DNA of 63,994 nucleotides, the filler included, from Octopus bimaculoides (Eukaryota), in NCBI RefSeq assembly GCF_001194135.2. It is 8 parts of 8 records of this genome, joined end to end, with 100 filler letters (N's around TTAATTAATTAA, not from the genome) between each part and the next. Parts side by side here need not be neighbours in the genome. Positions count along the whole stretch, not along the records: positions 1 to 23,916 come from NC_068983.1; 7 more parts are not named here. One strand, written 5' to 3'. Below, piece by piece: positions 1 to 12,089 of this stretch. The notes below the pieces were generated by a model. That model made no database searches. It was not told the origin of the DNA and was given only the letters and a program-made list of their open reading frames with translations. The position numbers and the translations under genes are program-made. Position 1 is the first letter of the stretch, and every line of letters starts with the position of its first letter.

Positions 1-56
<56 letters not shown>

Positions 57-227
57 ATGTGTTTGTGAATGCATGTATATATACGTATATATAAATACAG
101 GTGTATATTTGTGTATATGTTATATGTACCTGTGTTAATGATTTATATATAAATAAACTACAATTCACTAAGTCTTTAACTAGTTTCAGCTTGAGGGCTG
201 CAACTATGGGGAACGACCGGATATATA

Positions 228-283
<56 letters not shown>

Positions 284-892
284 ATATATATATGTGTGTG
301 TGTGTGATAGATAGATATATAAACATACATACATATATAGAGAGAGATNNNNNNNNNNTAGATAGATAGATATATACACATGTATATATATATATCTATA
401 CGTACGTACATACATACATGCATACATACATACATACATACATACATACATACATACATACATACATACATACATACATGCACATACGTGTTTGAAAGGC
501 GAGTGTTTATAAGCGTATTGATCCGAGTGTGTTTGTGACTTTGTTTTACTTCCTGTTTTTGGTGACACACACACACACACACACACGTTCTCGTCTGTCT
601 CTGAGCTGTTACGTCGGCGTAGCTAAGCGCTGAACTTAATTATCCTATGGAAATAATCGTTCCAGCTGTGGCCATCTCGTCTGTCGTACATCATGGAGTC
701 TGTCGTTTATTTGAGACGGTAAGGTGTGGTTTCTGACAATCCACCTGCCACTTCTTGCTGTTGGAGCGACCACAACCTGTTTTTATGCAGTAGTTTCGCA
801 CTGTACCGACCTGTTGCATGGCTGGCTCTGTGTGTAATGTGGCTATCGGTAGCGTATGTAAGTGTATGTAAAGATGAGCGTCGGTGTGTGTG

Positions 893-951
<59 letters not shown>

Positions 952-1038
952 NNNNNNNNNNNNNNNNNNNNNNNNNNNNNNNNNNNNNNNNNNNNNNNNN
1001 NNNNNNNNNNNNNNNNNNNNNNNNNNNNNNNNNNNNNN

Positions 1039-1115
1039 ATGTATGGACGTAGACGAGTGGTTAAGAAGGTTGTTTTGCATCCACGGAGTCATCAGTTCGA
1101 TCTCAGGGTCCTGAA
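1039..1115 (+). mobile_element. Isolated tRNA-derived SINE head (decayed)
   Basis: GGACGTAGACGAGTGGTTAAG (A-box-like) followed by CAGTTCGATCTC (B-box-like); the rest is replaced by (GATA)n. Confidence 0.4.
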
Positions 1116-1148
<33 letters not shown>

Positions 1149-1254
1149 AAGTGAGGGAGAGGTAGATATATAGATAGAGAGAATGTGTGTGTGCGTGCAT
1201 GTGTATGTGTGTGCGTGTGCGCGCGCGAGTGTGAGCGAGAGAGCTAGAGAGCTT

Positions 1255-1315
<61 letters not shown>

Positions 1316-2629
1316 GTCGGGGCTCTTTTATGTCACAGCTAAAATGTAAATCAGTTTTCCCTTATTCCATTGTTAGTCCGTCTGTGACTAAACCGACCTN
1401 NNNNNNNNNNNNNNNNNNNNNNNNNNNNNNNNNNNNNNNNNNNNNNNNNNNNNNNNNNNNNNNNNNNNNNNNNNNNNNNNNNNNNNNNNNNNNNNNNNNN
1501 NNNNNNNNNNNNNNNNNNNNNNNNNNNNNNNNNNNNNNNNNNNNNNNNNNNNNNNNNNNNNNNNNNNNNNNNNNNNNNNNNNNNNNNNNNNNNNNNNNNN
1601 NNNNNNNNNNNNNNNNNNNNNNNNNNNNNNNNNNNNNNNNNNNNNNNNNNNNNNNNNNNNNNNNNNNNNNNNNNNNNNNNNNNNNNNNNNNNNNNNNNNN
1701 CTAAACCGACCTCACCCCCACCCCATCTGCCCGGCCTTCTGTGCCCAATGGATACACACCAGCTTATAATACTTTCACATTGAGACAGAATGCGACGGGT
1801 TTCGTCAGTCGACGCCGCTGACATCAGTTCATGGCTGCTTCAAGTCTTCTAATTCTGAGAAGAGAAAGTTAGTCCACACTACCGCTCTCAGTGCTTGGCT
1901 GGTTCTTGATTTCATCCGGCCTTAAAATATGAAAGGCAAAGTTACTCACGGTTTAATTTAAACTTGGAATATGAAGAGCCGAAAGAAGAACCGCGATGCA
2001 TTTTGTCCAAAGTTTTAACGATTGAGACAGTAGTTAGAAAGCATCGACGTGGTCGGAAACGCTGTAAGTCCACTGAGAGTGAGACCCCAGTTTGATCGTA
2101 GAAGAATATTCGGCTGATATAAAACCTGTTAACATTGCTATGAAAGGCACCCGGTTTCGACGTATCTCTAGGACAGGAGTGGGAAAACTTTTTAGTGCGG
2201 CAACCAAAAATTTCCAAAGAAAAAGGTCCGTGGGTGGATCACAAGTTCTAGCTCTTAGATCTGTGTAAATCTTGAATATATATCTATGTATAATTCGATA
2301 TACATTAATAAAGATAAGTTTATGACATAAAATTAACGCCTAACATCTTTATTAATGCCGCCATTGAATTTAGGACGATTATATTACGTATGAGGTATTC
2401 TATATTTTTCAGCCAGAGTGTAGTTGGGTCTCAAGGGGGTGGTACAAACCTAGCAATATGTGTTTTGTAGTGAACACAAAATTTCCATTCAAATGGCAAT
2501 TACCGGACGATTTTCTGTTCGAGTCTAACCGTAGTGGAAACACGACCTGTATTGTAAACAGGCATACGAGTATTGTATAAATTTTATAACTGCAAAATTT
2601 ATTATATTTTGTACATACGAGTATAAAAA

Positions 2630-3755
2630 CTTAGATTTGTTTCGACCAAAGAATGGTCCAGGCCATGTCTAACTTAATAGCACCACCTGATAGGATTATC
2701 AAAATCCTTTTTACAGTCAAATTTGGTCTATGGTCCATTCAAGTAGTGAGTTCTTGTTGAGTGAGTTGTAACCAGGTATGGGTGGCTTGTCTGGTATTCC
2801 TTGAAGAAATCTGTCCAGACTCCATTTAAAGCTGATGGGATCCTTTTCCTCTTTTATCTGTTTTGGGACAATGTTAAACAGGGCAGGGCCTGTTGAGGAA
2901 AAGAAATTAGGCCACAATGTACCTATACGTTGTAATCCTGAATTGGGCAGAGGACGTATGGCTCGTGGTCCCAGCCTTGGATGAACCTTGAAACTAATGT
3001 TCAGGTCGTTTGGGCAATGCTGGCGGTATATTTTCCACATCGTACAAATGATGTACCGCTCGCGGCGGCGCTAGAGAGAGTAGAGCTTCAAGGCTTTAAG
3101 GCGGTCCCANNNNNNNNNNNNNNNNNNNNNNNNNNNNNNNNNNNNNNNNNNNNNNNNNNNNNNNNNNNNNNNNNNNNNNNNNNNNNNNNNNNNNNNNNNN
3201 NNNNNNNNNNNNNNNNNNNNNNNNNNNNNNNNNNNNNNNNNNNNNNNNNNNNNNNNNNNNNNNNNNNNNNNNNNNNNNNNNNNNNNNNNNNNNNNNNNNN
3301 NNNNNNNNNNNNNNNNNNNNNNNNNNNNNNNNTATTGTTGGATGCCGTGAGCTGTTTCCCTGAAGGCAGAGAGTATGGCTGTTTTAGTATAGACTTTCTT
3401 CCAAAAGGCATCAGCTCAAATTTTCCCTCGTTCAGTTTCATTTTGTTTTGATCTGCCCATTGACTCACAGCATATAGATCAGTCTGGAGTCGGCTTCGGT
3501 CTTCTTCTTTGATGATTTGCTGGAGCTTAGTGTCATCAGCAAATATTTTCATTTTGCAGTGATTTACGACGCTGGAAAGGTCATTTATATAAATTATAAA
3601 GAGGAGCCGGCCCAAGACAGTCCCCTGAGAGACACCACTGGGGATTTTTGCTGGGCTTGAGTGGACTCCATCGACCTCAACATGTTGTGTTCTATTCTCC
3701 AGAAAATACTTAATCCAATGTAGAAATTTTCCACGGATTCCAACATTTTCCAATT
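2630..3755 (-). mobile_element. 5'-truncated CR1-like LINE (RT C-terminal half and 3' UTR), gap inside
   Basis: ORF 3088-3807 contains WIKYFLENRTQHVEVDG, SGVSQGTVLGRLLFIIYINDL, KIFADDTKL and W..QNKMKLNEGKFE. ORF 2717-3040 contains GPALFNIVPKQIK...LDRFLQGIPDKP, which is shared with the copy at 12-14 kb. Confidence 0.9.
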
Positions 3756-3824
3756 TATAGCAGCCTGCAGACGCTTGTCCGGTTGACCAATAAACACAAG
3801 ATATCAACTTGCTCTAACCTGTCA

Positions 3825-4087
3825 TCTTTCATCTTTTACTTGTTTCAGGCTTTAGTTTACGGCCATGCTGGGGCACTGCCTGGAGGAATTTTAGTCAAAT
3901 GAATCGACCCCAGTACATATTTTTTAAAAGCTTTATACTTATTCTATCGGACCCTTTGGCCGAACTGCTTGGTCGCGGGGATGTAAACACAACACTGGTC
4001 GTCAAGCTATGGGTGAGGGGAACAAACACAGACACAAACATACAGACACACACTCACACACACACACACTACCACACACACACACAC

Positions 4088-4154
<67 letters not shown>

Positions 4155-4163
4155 CAGATAGAC

Positions 4164-4224
<61 letters not shown>

Positions 4225-4385
4225 TGACTGGCTTCTCTCAGTTTCCGTCTACCAAATCCATTCACAGTACTTTAGTCGGTCCGAAGCCATGGTGAAAGAC
4301 ACTCCCAAGGTTCCACACAATGGGACTGAACACGAGACCTTGTGGTTGGTAAGCAATCTCTTTACCAACCACACAGCCACGCATG
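3825..4385 (-). mobile_element. tRNA-derived SINE family A (CORE-like; resembles octopus OR-type SINEs) with internal (CA)n/(GATA)n
   Basis: Head GTGGCTGTGTGGT..AAG...GTTCAGTCCCA, a CORE-like TTGGG..GTGTCTT segment, and tail ACGAC/CCAGTG...GATAGAATAAG...CCCCAGCATGGCCG...AAGTAAAAG, all matching other copies in the window. Confidence 0.85.
4089..4222. repeat. (GATA)n microsatellite inside a SINE
   Basis: Direct reading. Confidence 0.95.
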
Positions 4386-4624
4386 CGTTCGACTTATTAC
4401 AACATCGTCCGTAAATCCCTCTTTGTATTCTCAAGTTACTCCAGTAACTTTCTCTGCTTCAAACTTTTGTCATTTTTTAATTTTATATTTTGTTATTTAT
4501 TTCTTCTATCCGTGTGTCCTAGAACTGGCCAGTTATCCAGTTTCCATGGCAATATATAATTGACCGAGATCACAACATTTCCCCGTCAACGGACTGGTTC
4601 GTTGCAGAAGTCCGGCCCGCCGAT

Positions 4625-4790
4625 TCTGAGGAGAGAAATCTGTCACATCGACCTCACTACATGACTGGTACTTTATTTTATCGACCCCGAATGGATGAAA
4701 GGCAAAGCTGACCTCAGCAGGTTTGAACTCAGAACGTAAATAGCCAGAAGAAACATCACTAAGCATTTAGTCCGACGCACTCACCGTCTT
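4625..4790 (-). mobile_element. tRNA-derived SINE family B (core resembles the Deu/Nin domain)
   Basis: TACTTTATTTTATCGACCCCGAATGGATGAAAGGCAAAG..GACCTC..GGTTTGAACTCAGAACGT, the reverse complement of the family B head and core. Confidence 0.8.
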
Positions 4791-5474
4791 GTATCACTTA
4801 TTACCAGTGTTGGTAATCTATGAGCAGTTGCTTCTCATCCCAGTGCACTAGCTTTTCACTTTATTCTTGTGATTAAACTCTACAGCGAGGCTTTGTCTTG
4901 CCCAAGCCTCCTCTTGTTCACGTGACGCTACTCAGCTATTTATAAACAACTATGGCTACCGTCTCTCTGCTGCTCAACCTTATTTTAGTTACTTTTATCT
5001 TAGTAAATCCTGTTGTTCTTTATGATTTCTTAGGATTTTATTTAATATTCTACAATAGGTTTATGTCAAAGAGGGCTGGGGAATGCGATTTTCTCTCTTT
5101 GATTTGCAAAATTCTCGATATTTCAGGCAAATATTCGGGTTACAAGCGTTGGGCAAAAACTGGATGATTACTGTGGTTGTGGATTCAGACTTCGTTAGAA
5201 ATGCTGTTCAAAATTCACCCAGGATTCCTTTTAGATGGTGGTCTAAAAGGAATCTATATACTGATCTGCCTAATTTGCTTATCCTTACATTCACTTCTAT
5301 ATATATGAATGTGTATATATATATATAAGGGGTATAGAATGGATTTATGCATGGAAAAGGGAGACAGAGAGGGAGACTAAATCTTTTGTTGAAGCGGCCA
5401 TGGAATGCTCATTACCGAAGCTGATGGAAGATCGATTTACTTCATACGTATGCGTGTGTCTGTGTGTCCATGTA

Positions 5475-5519
<45 letters not shown>

Positions 5520-5794
5520 GACATAGACACTGACCATGGCGATACCACGAATGGAATATCAATTTAGCCAGCAGCAGCAGCAGTATATTGCAGCTGATGT
5601 TGGCAAAAATATGCTGACGAAAATTGCAGAATTCTTGTTAAATAGTCTTTTTTCTTTGGCCAGAAAATTCCAACTTCTCCAGATATCGTTTATGTAATCA
5701 ATAAAATAACCAGCTGCAACAATAATTACTGGTGTAAGGGTTAATTTGGAATCAAAATTAAGATTGTCTAGAGTATAGATTCTAAATTATGATA

Positions 5795-5905
5795 CAAACG
5801 TTTCCATTATTTACATTTGACCGATATTTGTCCTCATCTTGTTTGTTGTTAACATAACGTTTCGGTTGATATATCCTCCAGCTTTCATCAGGTGTCTTGG
5901 GGAAA
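5795..5905 (-). mobile_element. Penelope-like pseudo-LTR fragment
   Basis: Carries a minimal hammerhead-type motif (CTGATGA...GAAACGTT) of the kind known from Penelope-like elements; non-coding. Confidence 0.5.
5851..5897 (-). ncRNA. Degenerate minimal type I hammerhead ribozyme motif
   Basis: Minus strand reads GACAC-CTGATGA-AAGCTG GAGGATATAT CAACC-GAAA-CGTT-ATGTT. The core boxes are intact, stem III is the palindrome AACGTT, and stem I GACAC/ATGTT pairs at 4 of 5 positions. Stem II is partly mismatched. Confidence 0.55.
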
Positions 5906-5916
5906 GTATTTTTGGA

Positions 5917-5950
<34 letters not shown>

Positions 5951-6470
5951 GTTATTCATGTCACTGTCTGGAATTGAATATAGAACTGTACAAATATGTT
6001 TCTCCCACATGCTGAATGTCTAAGATTTCTTTTAACACGGTAACTGTCTTTTCTATAACCAAACTGCAAAAGAAAATGGCAAAAAAGGATGGATGTCTTT
6101 TTTTTTTTTTATTGTAATCCTTCTCCTTCGAACTGCTGCGGCTGAGAAGCTTCTTTCAATGCTGGTTCAGGGACTTCTGTCTTCCGTTAGCTGGGTAGAT
6201 CTTCAAACTTCTTGTTGTGTGTCTCTGTTAATAGGATCAACATATTTGAGGAGCCTTCGTCCTTTATTACAGAAGTTTCCAAAATATAACATCTAACATA
6301 ACGTGATAGCAGCATGCAGCAAAGCCTACCCTCTGTCGGGCTATATTAGTAGGGACGGGTGGAATGTGTCTATGAGTTACCTAGTCGGTTTTGTGATGTA
6401 TGCCAGGAGATGTATTTGAGTTCTCATGCGGAGCCTGGAATCCATTGTGTAATCATTCATCCTTGACAAC

Positions 6471-6502
<32 letters not shown>

Positions 6503-6584
6503 CGAATTGCTGGTAGGGACACCGTATTTCGTTTGGCAGTCAAAATATACTACCAAGTATACTACAGGTGGATGCTTAATGGGT

Positions 6585-6640
6585 TGGATATGGCGCTGAA
6601 GAAGGCGCAATAAATCCTGAAATGTGTATGTACACCCATT
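6585..6640 (+). ncRNA. Degenerate minimal hammerhead ribozyme motif
   Basis: GGCG-CTGAAGA-AGG CGCAATAAAT CCT-GAAA-TGTGTA-TGT. Stem II is AGG/CCT. TGTGTA-TGT is what CGCGTA-CGC would become by C-to-T changes. Confidence 0.45.
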
Positions 6641-7017
6641 ACTCATTTTTCTATCTTCGATTGCATTGTTTATACAGATGTTTTAATGCTGGCTCTAAAT
6701 TCTATTGTAGATCTGTAGAAATACACTTAAAATGAAAATAACGCACTACTAACACAGAAAGGAAACAGTTATTGACTTATATATCTTTAGCATATTTGAT
6801 TGTATACTATGGTTGCAAAATGAAATACGGTGTCCCTGCCAACAATTAATAACCAATCAACGTCTTCATTCTCAAAACCTGGCACTTATCCGATCGGTTT
6901 CTTTTGCCGTACCGCTAAGTTATGACGACATTAACACACTAATACTGGATGTGGGGGAACAAATTATCCCACCACCACCAGCACACACATACACGCCTAC
7001 ATACATATATTATATAT

Positions 7018-7092
7018 ACGACGGGATTCTTTCAGTTTCCATCAACCAAATCCAGTCACAAGGCTTTGGTCAACCCGAGGTACGACACAATG
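7018..7092 (-). mobile_element. SINE family A head fragment
   Basis: TTCTTTCAGTTTCC..CAACCAAATCC..TCACAAGGCTTTGGTC..CCCGAGG...GGGACCGAACCCGGAACCAT. Confidence 0.75.
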
Positions 7093-7608
7093 GGACCGAA
7101 CCCGGAACCATTNNNNNNNNNNAGAAGAAGAAGAAGAAGAAGAAGAAGAAGAAGAAGAAGAAGAAGAAGAAGGTAAAACCACGTGAATGGAAAAGATGAA
7201 ACAGAGAAATATGAAAACGAAGGAATGAGAGAAGAATAAAACGTGGAAAGAAATAAGTCGAGGTGGGAGGAGAGAGGAGTAGGGAAAGGTAGGTGTGTGT
7301 GGTTGTGTGTACGCGTATGTGTGTGTGTACGCGTGTGCGGCGTGCGTGCACCGACCTGACATGAAACACGTGTTTCTATCTTGTTACTATGCCAACAAAA
7401 TATTCCTGTCAGTAGGAATGGCGGTGTATAGAGCTTGTTGTGGGGTAATCCATACTGACCGTTGTTATTGTTGTTGTTGTTGTTGTTGTTGCTGTGATTA
7501 ATTGCCCTCCCTTTAGCAATTAATCCCCACCCACGCACACACACACACTCTCATATGTTTTTGTTAATTTTTTTTAGCCAGCAAAACAGCACCCATGAGT
7601 CGTTATTG

Positions 7609-7690
7609 CAGCGGTTCTCAACCAGGGTCCATAGAAGTGTTTTGTCGGGGGTACACACAAGCTAAATAGAAAACAGGGGATCCGCAGTGG
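7609..7690 (+). mobile_element. hAT (Charlie-like) terminal sequence, one end only
   Basis: CAGCGGTTCTCAACC is a typical hAT/Charlie terminus; the partner end is not found and a gap follows. Confidence 0.4.
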
Positions 7691-7879
7691 TNNNNNNNNN
7701 NNNNNNNNNNNNNNNNNNNNNNNNNNNNNNNNNNNNNNNNNNNNNNNNNNNNNNNNNNNNNNNNNNNNNNNNNNNNNNNNCGTTGAAAGGTTATCGTGGG
7801 GAGCGGGGCGGGGGCACCAGATAACAATAGTAATCAGTGGGGGGGGGGCATAGGTTAAAGAAGAAAAAACGGCAAAGAA

Positions 7880-8680
7880 CCATTGGTTTACATGTCCCGT
7901 TGAGACAGCTTCGAGGACCAAAGACCGCCATTGTAGCAGTAGAAAATGCGGTGAGGAGAGAGTAGGTCTGTGTACTAGACGCCGGAATGTATTGGGGACC
8001 AACTTTATATTCATTTATCGAGTGGCCGCTTTCTGTTACAGTCTTAAATGTCTGTGTGTAACAGTAACACTCCGTTGCGGTTCCTGAGTTTTGTAGAGGA
8101 TTACGGTGAGGATTAAAAGATTTTCTGACTCTGAAGAGACAGACCTATCTTTATAATAAGAGATTTGCTATGTTAATTATATGTTAATTATATGTTAATT
8201 ATATGTTTTCACCTGGAGAAATCTTCAGTAATAGCAGAGATTAGCATTTTGAGTCATCTTGAGGGATCCAGTTTAAGAAGGATGAGATTCAACAGTGTTT
8301 TCTTGAAGCGTGTTATAGACTTTTGCAGTTGAAGGAATCAGATTTGGCGTGAGCATGTCGAAGAATGTTTTCAAGGCCTCAGTTTATGGAATTAGCGCAA
8401 TTCTGTTCAGAAACATCTAGAATACTTGCAGATGGCGCTTATGTACGGAAAATCATGGGAGGAACAGAAGCTGATATCATAGGATTAGAGAGGGAGACAC
8501 AGGAGTGGTGGTGACAGAAAGTAGTTAGTTGATGTACAACATGAAAGTGAGGGAGACAAGATCAAACCCTGCGACACACTAGATTTGACAGAGTCGTGTT
8601 AGAGAGAGCTCGTACAGAACACCACTGATCCAAGGGACGAGGGAGAGAGTAAAGGTCCACTGGTGAGTGACATGGATCTG
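7880..8680 (-). mobile_element. Highly decayed LINE RT (L2/CR1/jockey-type), different from the 2.7 kb and 12 kb family
   Basis: Manual minus-strand translation across frameshifts gives, in the expected RT order, PWISG.., SSVSQGLILSP, FMLYIN*LL, LENIL...SFN, ITEDFSR*KHI, LFRVRKSF and IFYCYNGGLWSSKL. Confidence 0.55.
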
Positions 8681-9325
8681 TATTTATGAAAACCTTATCA
8701 TGAAGTGTGGAAAATACATATGCACATATACGGTCTTTCGGAGTGAAATATGAAGGCAGAATGTAGCTTCGACGCCTGAGCTAGACTAACGATAAGGGTC
8801 GATAGATTTGTGTTTTAGAGACACGGACAGGATATTTGGGTTGTAGGTGTTTGTAAGAAATGTTATGTGAGGTCTGAGTTTAATCAGAATTCCTTAGTTT
8901 AAGAATAAGAAGAAGAAGGAGTGTTTGCGGATTACGTATTATCTTTTGACAATAAGAGGAGTGTACAAGGATTTTAGCTGCTTTGGATATGATATGAGGT
9001 CATGTTGATCTCCAAAACACTTCCTGCTTGAATTCCTGTAAAACTGAGGCAACACTATTAGAAGAGACAAGTGGTCACGTAGTACTATTAAAACAGGAGC
9101 GGGGGGGATGTGCTAATCAGGCAAATGCGGTGTCTTACGGTTTAAACCGGTAGACCCGAACCACTTTTTGCCCACGGGCGCCTTGGATGCCTATTTTGCT
9201 CTGGTGAACCCCTATGTTACAATATAAGATCTGTCGTATATATACATACGTACACACGCACACACAGACACACATACACATATATATACATATATATCTA
9301 CATACATACATACATACATATATAT

Positions 9326-9550
9326 GGGCGCAGGAGTGACTGTGTGATAAGAAGCTTGCATCCCAACTACATGGTTTCGTGTTCATTCCCACTGCGTGGC
9401 ACTTTGGGCAAGTTTCTTCTACTCTATCCTCGGGCCACCAAAGCCTTGTGAGTGGATTTGGTAAAAGGAAACTGGAAGAATAAATTAAAGAATCCTGGAG
9501 TCGATTTATTCAACTAAAGGCGATGATCCTGCATGGCCGCATTCAAATGA
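9326..9550 (+). mobile_element. SINE family A, internally deleted
   Basis: GGCGCAGGAGTGACTGTGTGATAAGAAGCTTGC...TTGGGCAAG...AAGCCTTGTGAGTGGATTTGG joined directly to tail GTCGATTTATTCAACTAAAGGCG..GCATGGCCGC. Confidence 0.85.
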
Positions 9551-9841
9551 GGGAAAGAAACCGGGAAACCGGGCCCATGAACATGGCTAGGCTTTAAAAG
9601 GGCGAAAAAAATCTGTTTCTAGATCCAACGCTGCTACGGCCTGAAGTTGAAGTGTGTTATCAGTGTGACTGTGGTGTGTCTATGTTTCAGGGCTTACATT
9701 TGCATGCTTAACTTTTTGCTGTTATAATAACTATTTTTCTTCCACGTATCTCTCTCACTAGCTCAGTTCAGTTACCTTTGTATGTGTACACGTATGGATG
9801 TATATATGTATGCATATATTTAATACGAAACGTTGTAGCAA

Positions 9842-9876
<35 letters not shown>

Positions 9877-10590
9877 NNNNNNNNNNNNNNNNNNNNNNNN
9901 NNNNNNNNNNNNNNNNNNNNNNNNNNNNNNNNNNNNNNNNNNNNNNNNNNNNNNNNNNNNNNNNNNNNNNNNNNNNNNNNNNNNNNNNNNNNNNNNNNNN
10001 NNNNNNNNNNNNNNNNNNNNNNNNNNNNNNNNNNNNNNNNNNNNNNNNNNNNNNNNNNNNNNNNNNNNNNNNNNNNNNNNNNNNNNNNNNNNNNNNNNNN
10101 NNNNNNNNNNNNNNNNNNNNNNNNNNNNNNNNNNNNNNNNNNNNNNNNNNNNNNNNNNNNNNNNNNNNNNNNNNNNNNNNNNNNNNNNNNNNNNNNNNNN
10201 NNNNNNNNNNNNNNNNNNNNNNNNNNNNNNNNNNNNNNNNNNNNNNNNNNNNNNNNNNNNNNNNNNNNNNNNNNNNNNNNNNNNNNNNNNNNNNNNNNNN
10301 NNNNNNNNNNNNNNNNNNNNNNNNNNNNNNNNNNNNNNNNNNNNNNNNNNNNNNNNNNNNNNNNNNNNNNNNNNNNNNNNNNNNNNNNNNNNNNNNNNNN
10401 NNNNNNNNNNNNNNNNNNNNNNNNNNNNNNNNNNNNNNNNNNNNNNNNNNNNNNNNNNNNNNNNNNNNNNNNNNNNNNTATATATATGTATGTATATATA
10501 TATATATATATGCGTGTGTGCGTGCGTGTGTGTGTGTGTGTGTATGTATGCCTGTATGTATGTAAATGTAAGCATATATATATATATATT

Positions 10591-10637
<47 letters not shown>

Positions 10638-11413
10638 ATTTGTGTATGTGTATATGGGTGTACGGATGTACAGACATATATATGTATATACATATGCATA
10701 CACGTACATGTGTAGGCAAAATACAAGAGTAAACGCATGCCTGTATACATACATAAATATTTATACATCCCACCCTTCATCCTTACTTACCTTCATATTT
10801 GCATAGAGACATGTTTAATGTACCCTAAAAACCAAATACATGCACGCACACTTAAAGACATGCATACACACACGTACATACATGTACGCAGACATACACG
10901 GACTTATACATACACACACACGTGCGTACACACATATACATACGCACCAGAGCGTGCACGTGATCGCCATGGTAACTCTGAACGTTAACAATAGATTTTT
11001 CTCTTTGTTCTAACATCTTACTGGCAGAAACTCCAGTCAGCAGACACCGAACCAATGGCCAACTTTACACCTTAGTCAGTTGTTCTAAATGGCACCGAAT
11101 CTCATAGTTTACTATTCCAAGATATCCGGCTTTATCTATACTGTTTGGCATTCAAGGCTAAATTAGCAGACACTAGATCCCAAAGTATAATGCATTGATA
11201 ACAGTTATACTTTCACTTTATCTCGAAGATTCTGCCCGGCTCTGTACACGTAGGCATCAACCGGCGTACTTGGTTACTATAGAGATTCCTGCAAATATTC
11301 TGTAAGTGTTAGCCATTCATCATCCTGATGCAGCTAGACAATTTCTCTGAAGAGCATTTGTTCACTAGGAACTGCTTATCTTGTTATTCGATGACCTTTA
11401 AAGAATTCCGTGA

Positions 11414-11447
<34 letters not shown>

Positions 11448-12039
11448 CGTGAAGGTTATTTGGATAGCGCAAGGAAAATCGGGTGGTGTTAATTTGGTTA
11501 AGGTAGGGGTAGAGACAACTGGGTGAAGAATTCAGATTTTGGTAAAGAACTTTTTAAATAGAAACTGGCTGCGGGAAATAAAGATATACAGATAAATTTG
11601 GTAAACAATGCCAATTAGAGACTAAAAGTTTTGCTACACATTCATACATGAATGTATGTGTCTGGTTGTGTATTTATGAATATATATATNNNNNNNNNNN
11701 NNNNNNNNNNNNNNNNNNNNNNNNNNNNNNNNNNNNNNNNNNNNNNNNNNNNNNNNNNNNNNNNNNNNNNNNNNNNNNNNNNNNNNNNNNNNNNNNNNNN
11801 NNNNNNNNNNNNNNNNNNNNNNNNNNNNNNNNNNNNNNNNNNNNNNNNNNNNNNNNNNNNNNNNNNNNNNNNNNNNNNNNNNNNNNNNNNNNNNNNNNNN
11901 NNNNNNNNNNNNNNNNNNATATATATATATATATATATATATACATGTGTATGTATATATATATATATATGCATATATACATATATATATGTATATATAT
12001 GTGCATATATAGGGGCATATATATGCACATATACATACA

Positions 12040-12072
<33 letters not shown>

Positions 12073-12089
12073 GCATACATAAAGAGAAA

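Noticed and set aside
1388-1712. Identical CTAAACCGACCT on both sides of a 301-N gap
   Set aside because: Most likely an unmerged contig overlap or a collapsed repeat; it cannot be interpreted.
2174-2205. CAGGAGTGGGAAAACTTTTT, resembling a hAT terminus
   Set aside because: Short match with no partner end or target-site duplication found.
5960-6470. Possible decayed LINE C-terminus on the minus strand
   Set aside because: Manual translation gave no convincing motif series.
8170-8205. ATGTTAATTAT repeated three times
   Set aside because: Simple slippage duplication within a decayed LINE.
11340-11380. CTGAAGAG...GGAACTG hammerhead-like string
   Set aside because: No stem II pairing and no GAAA box.
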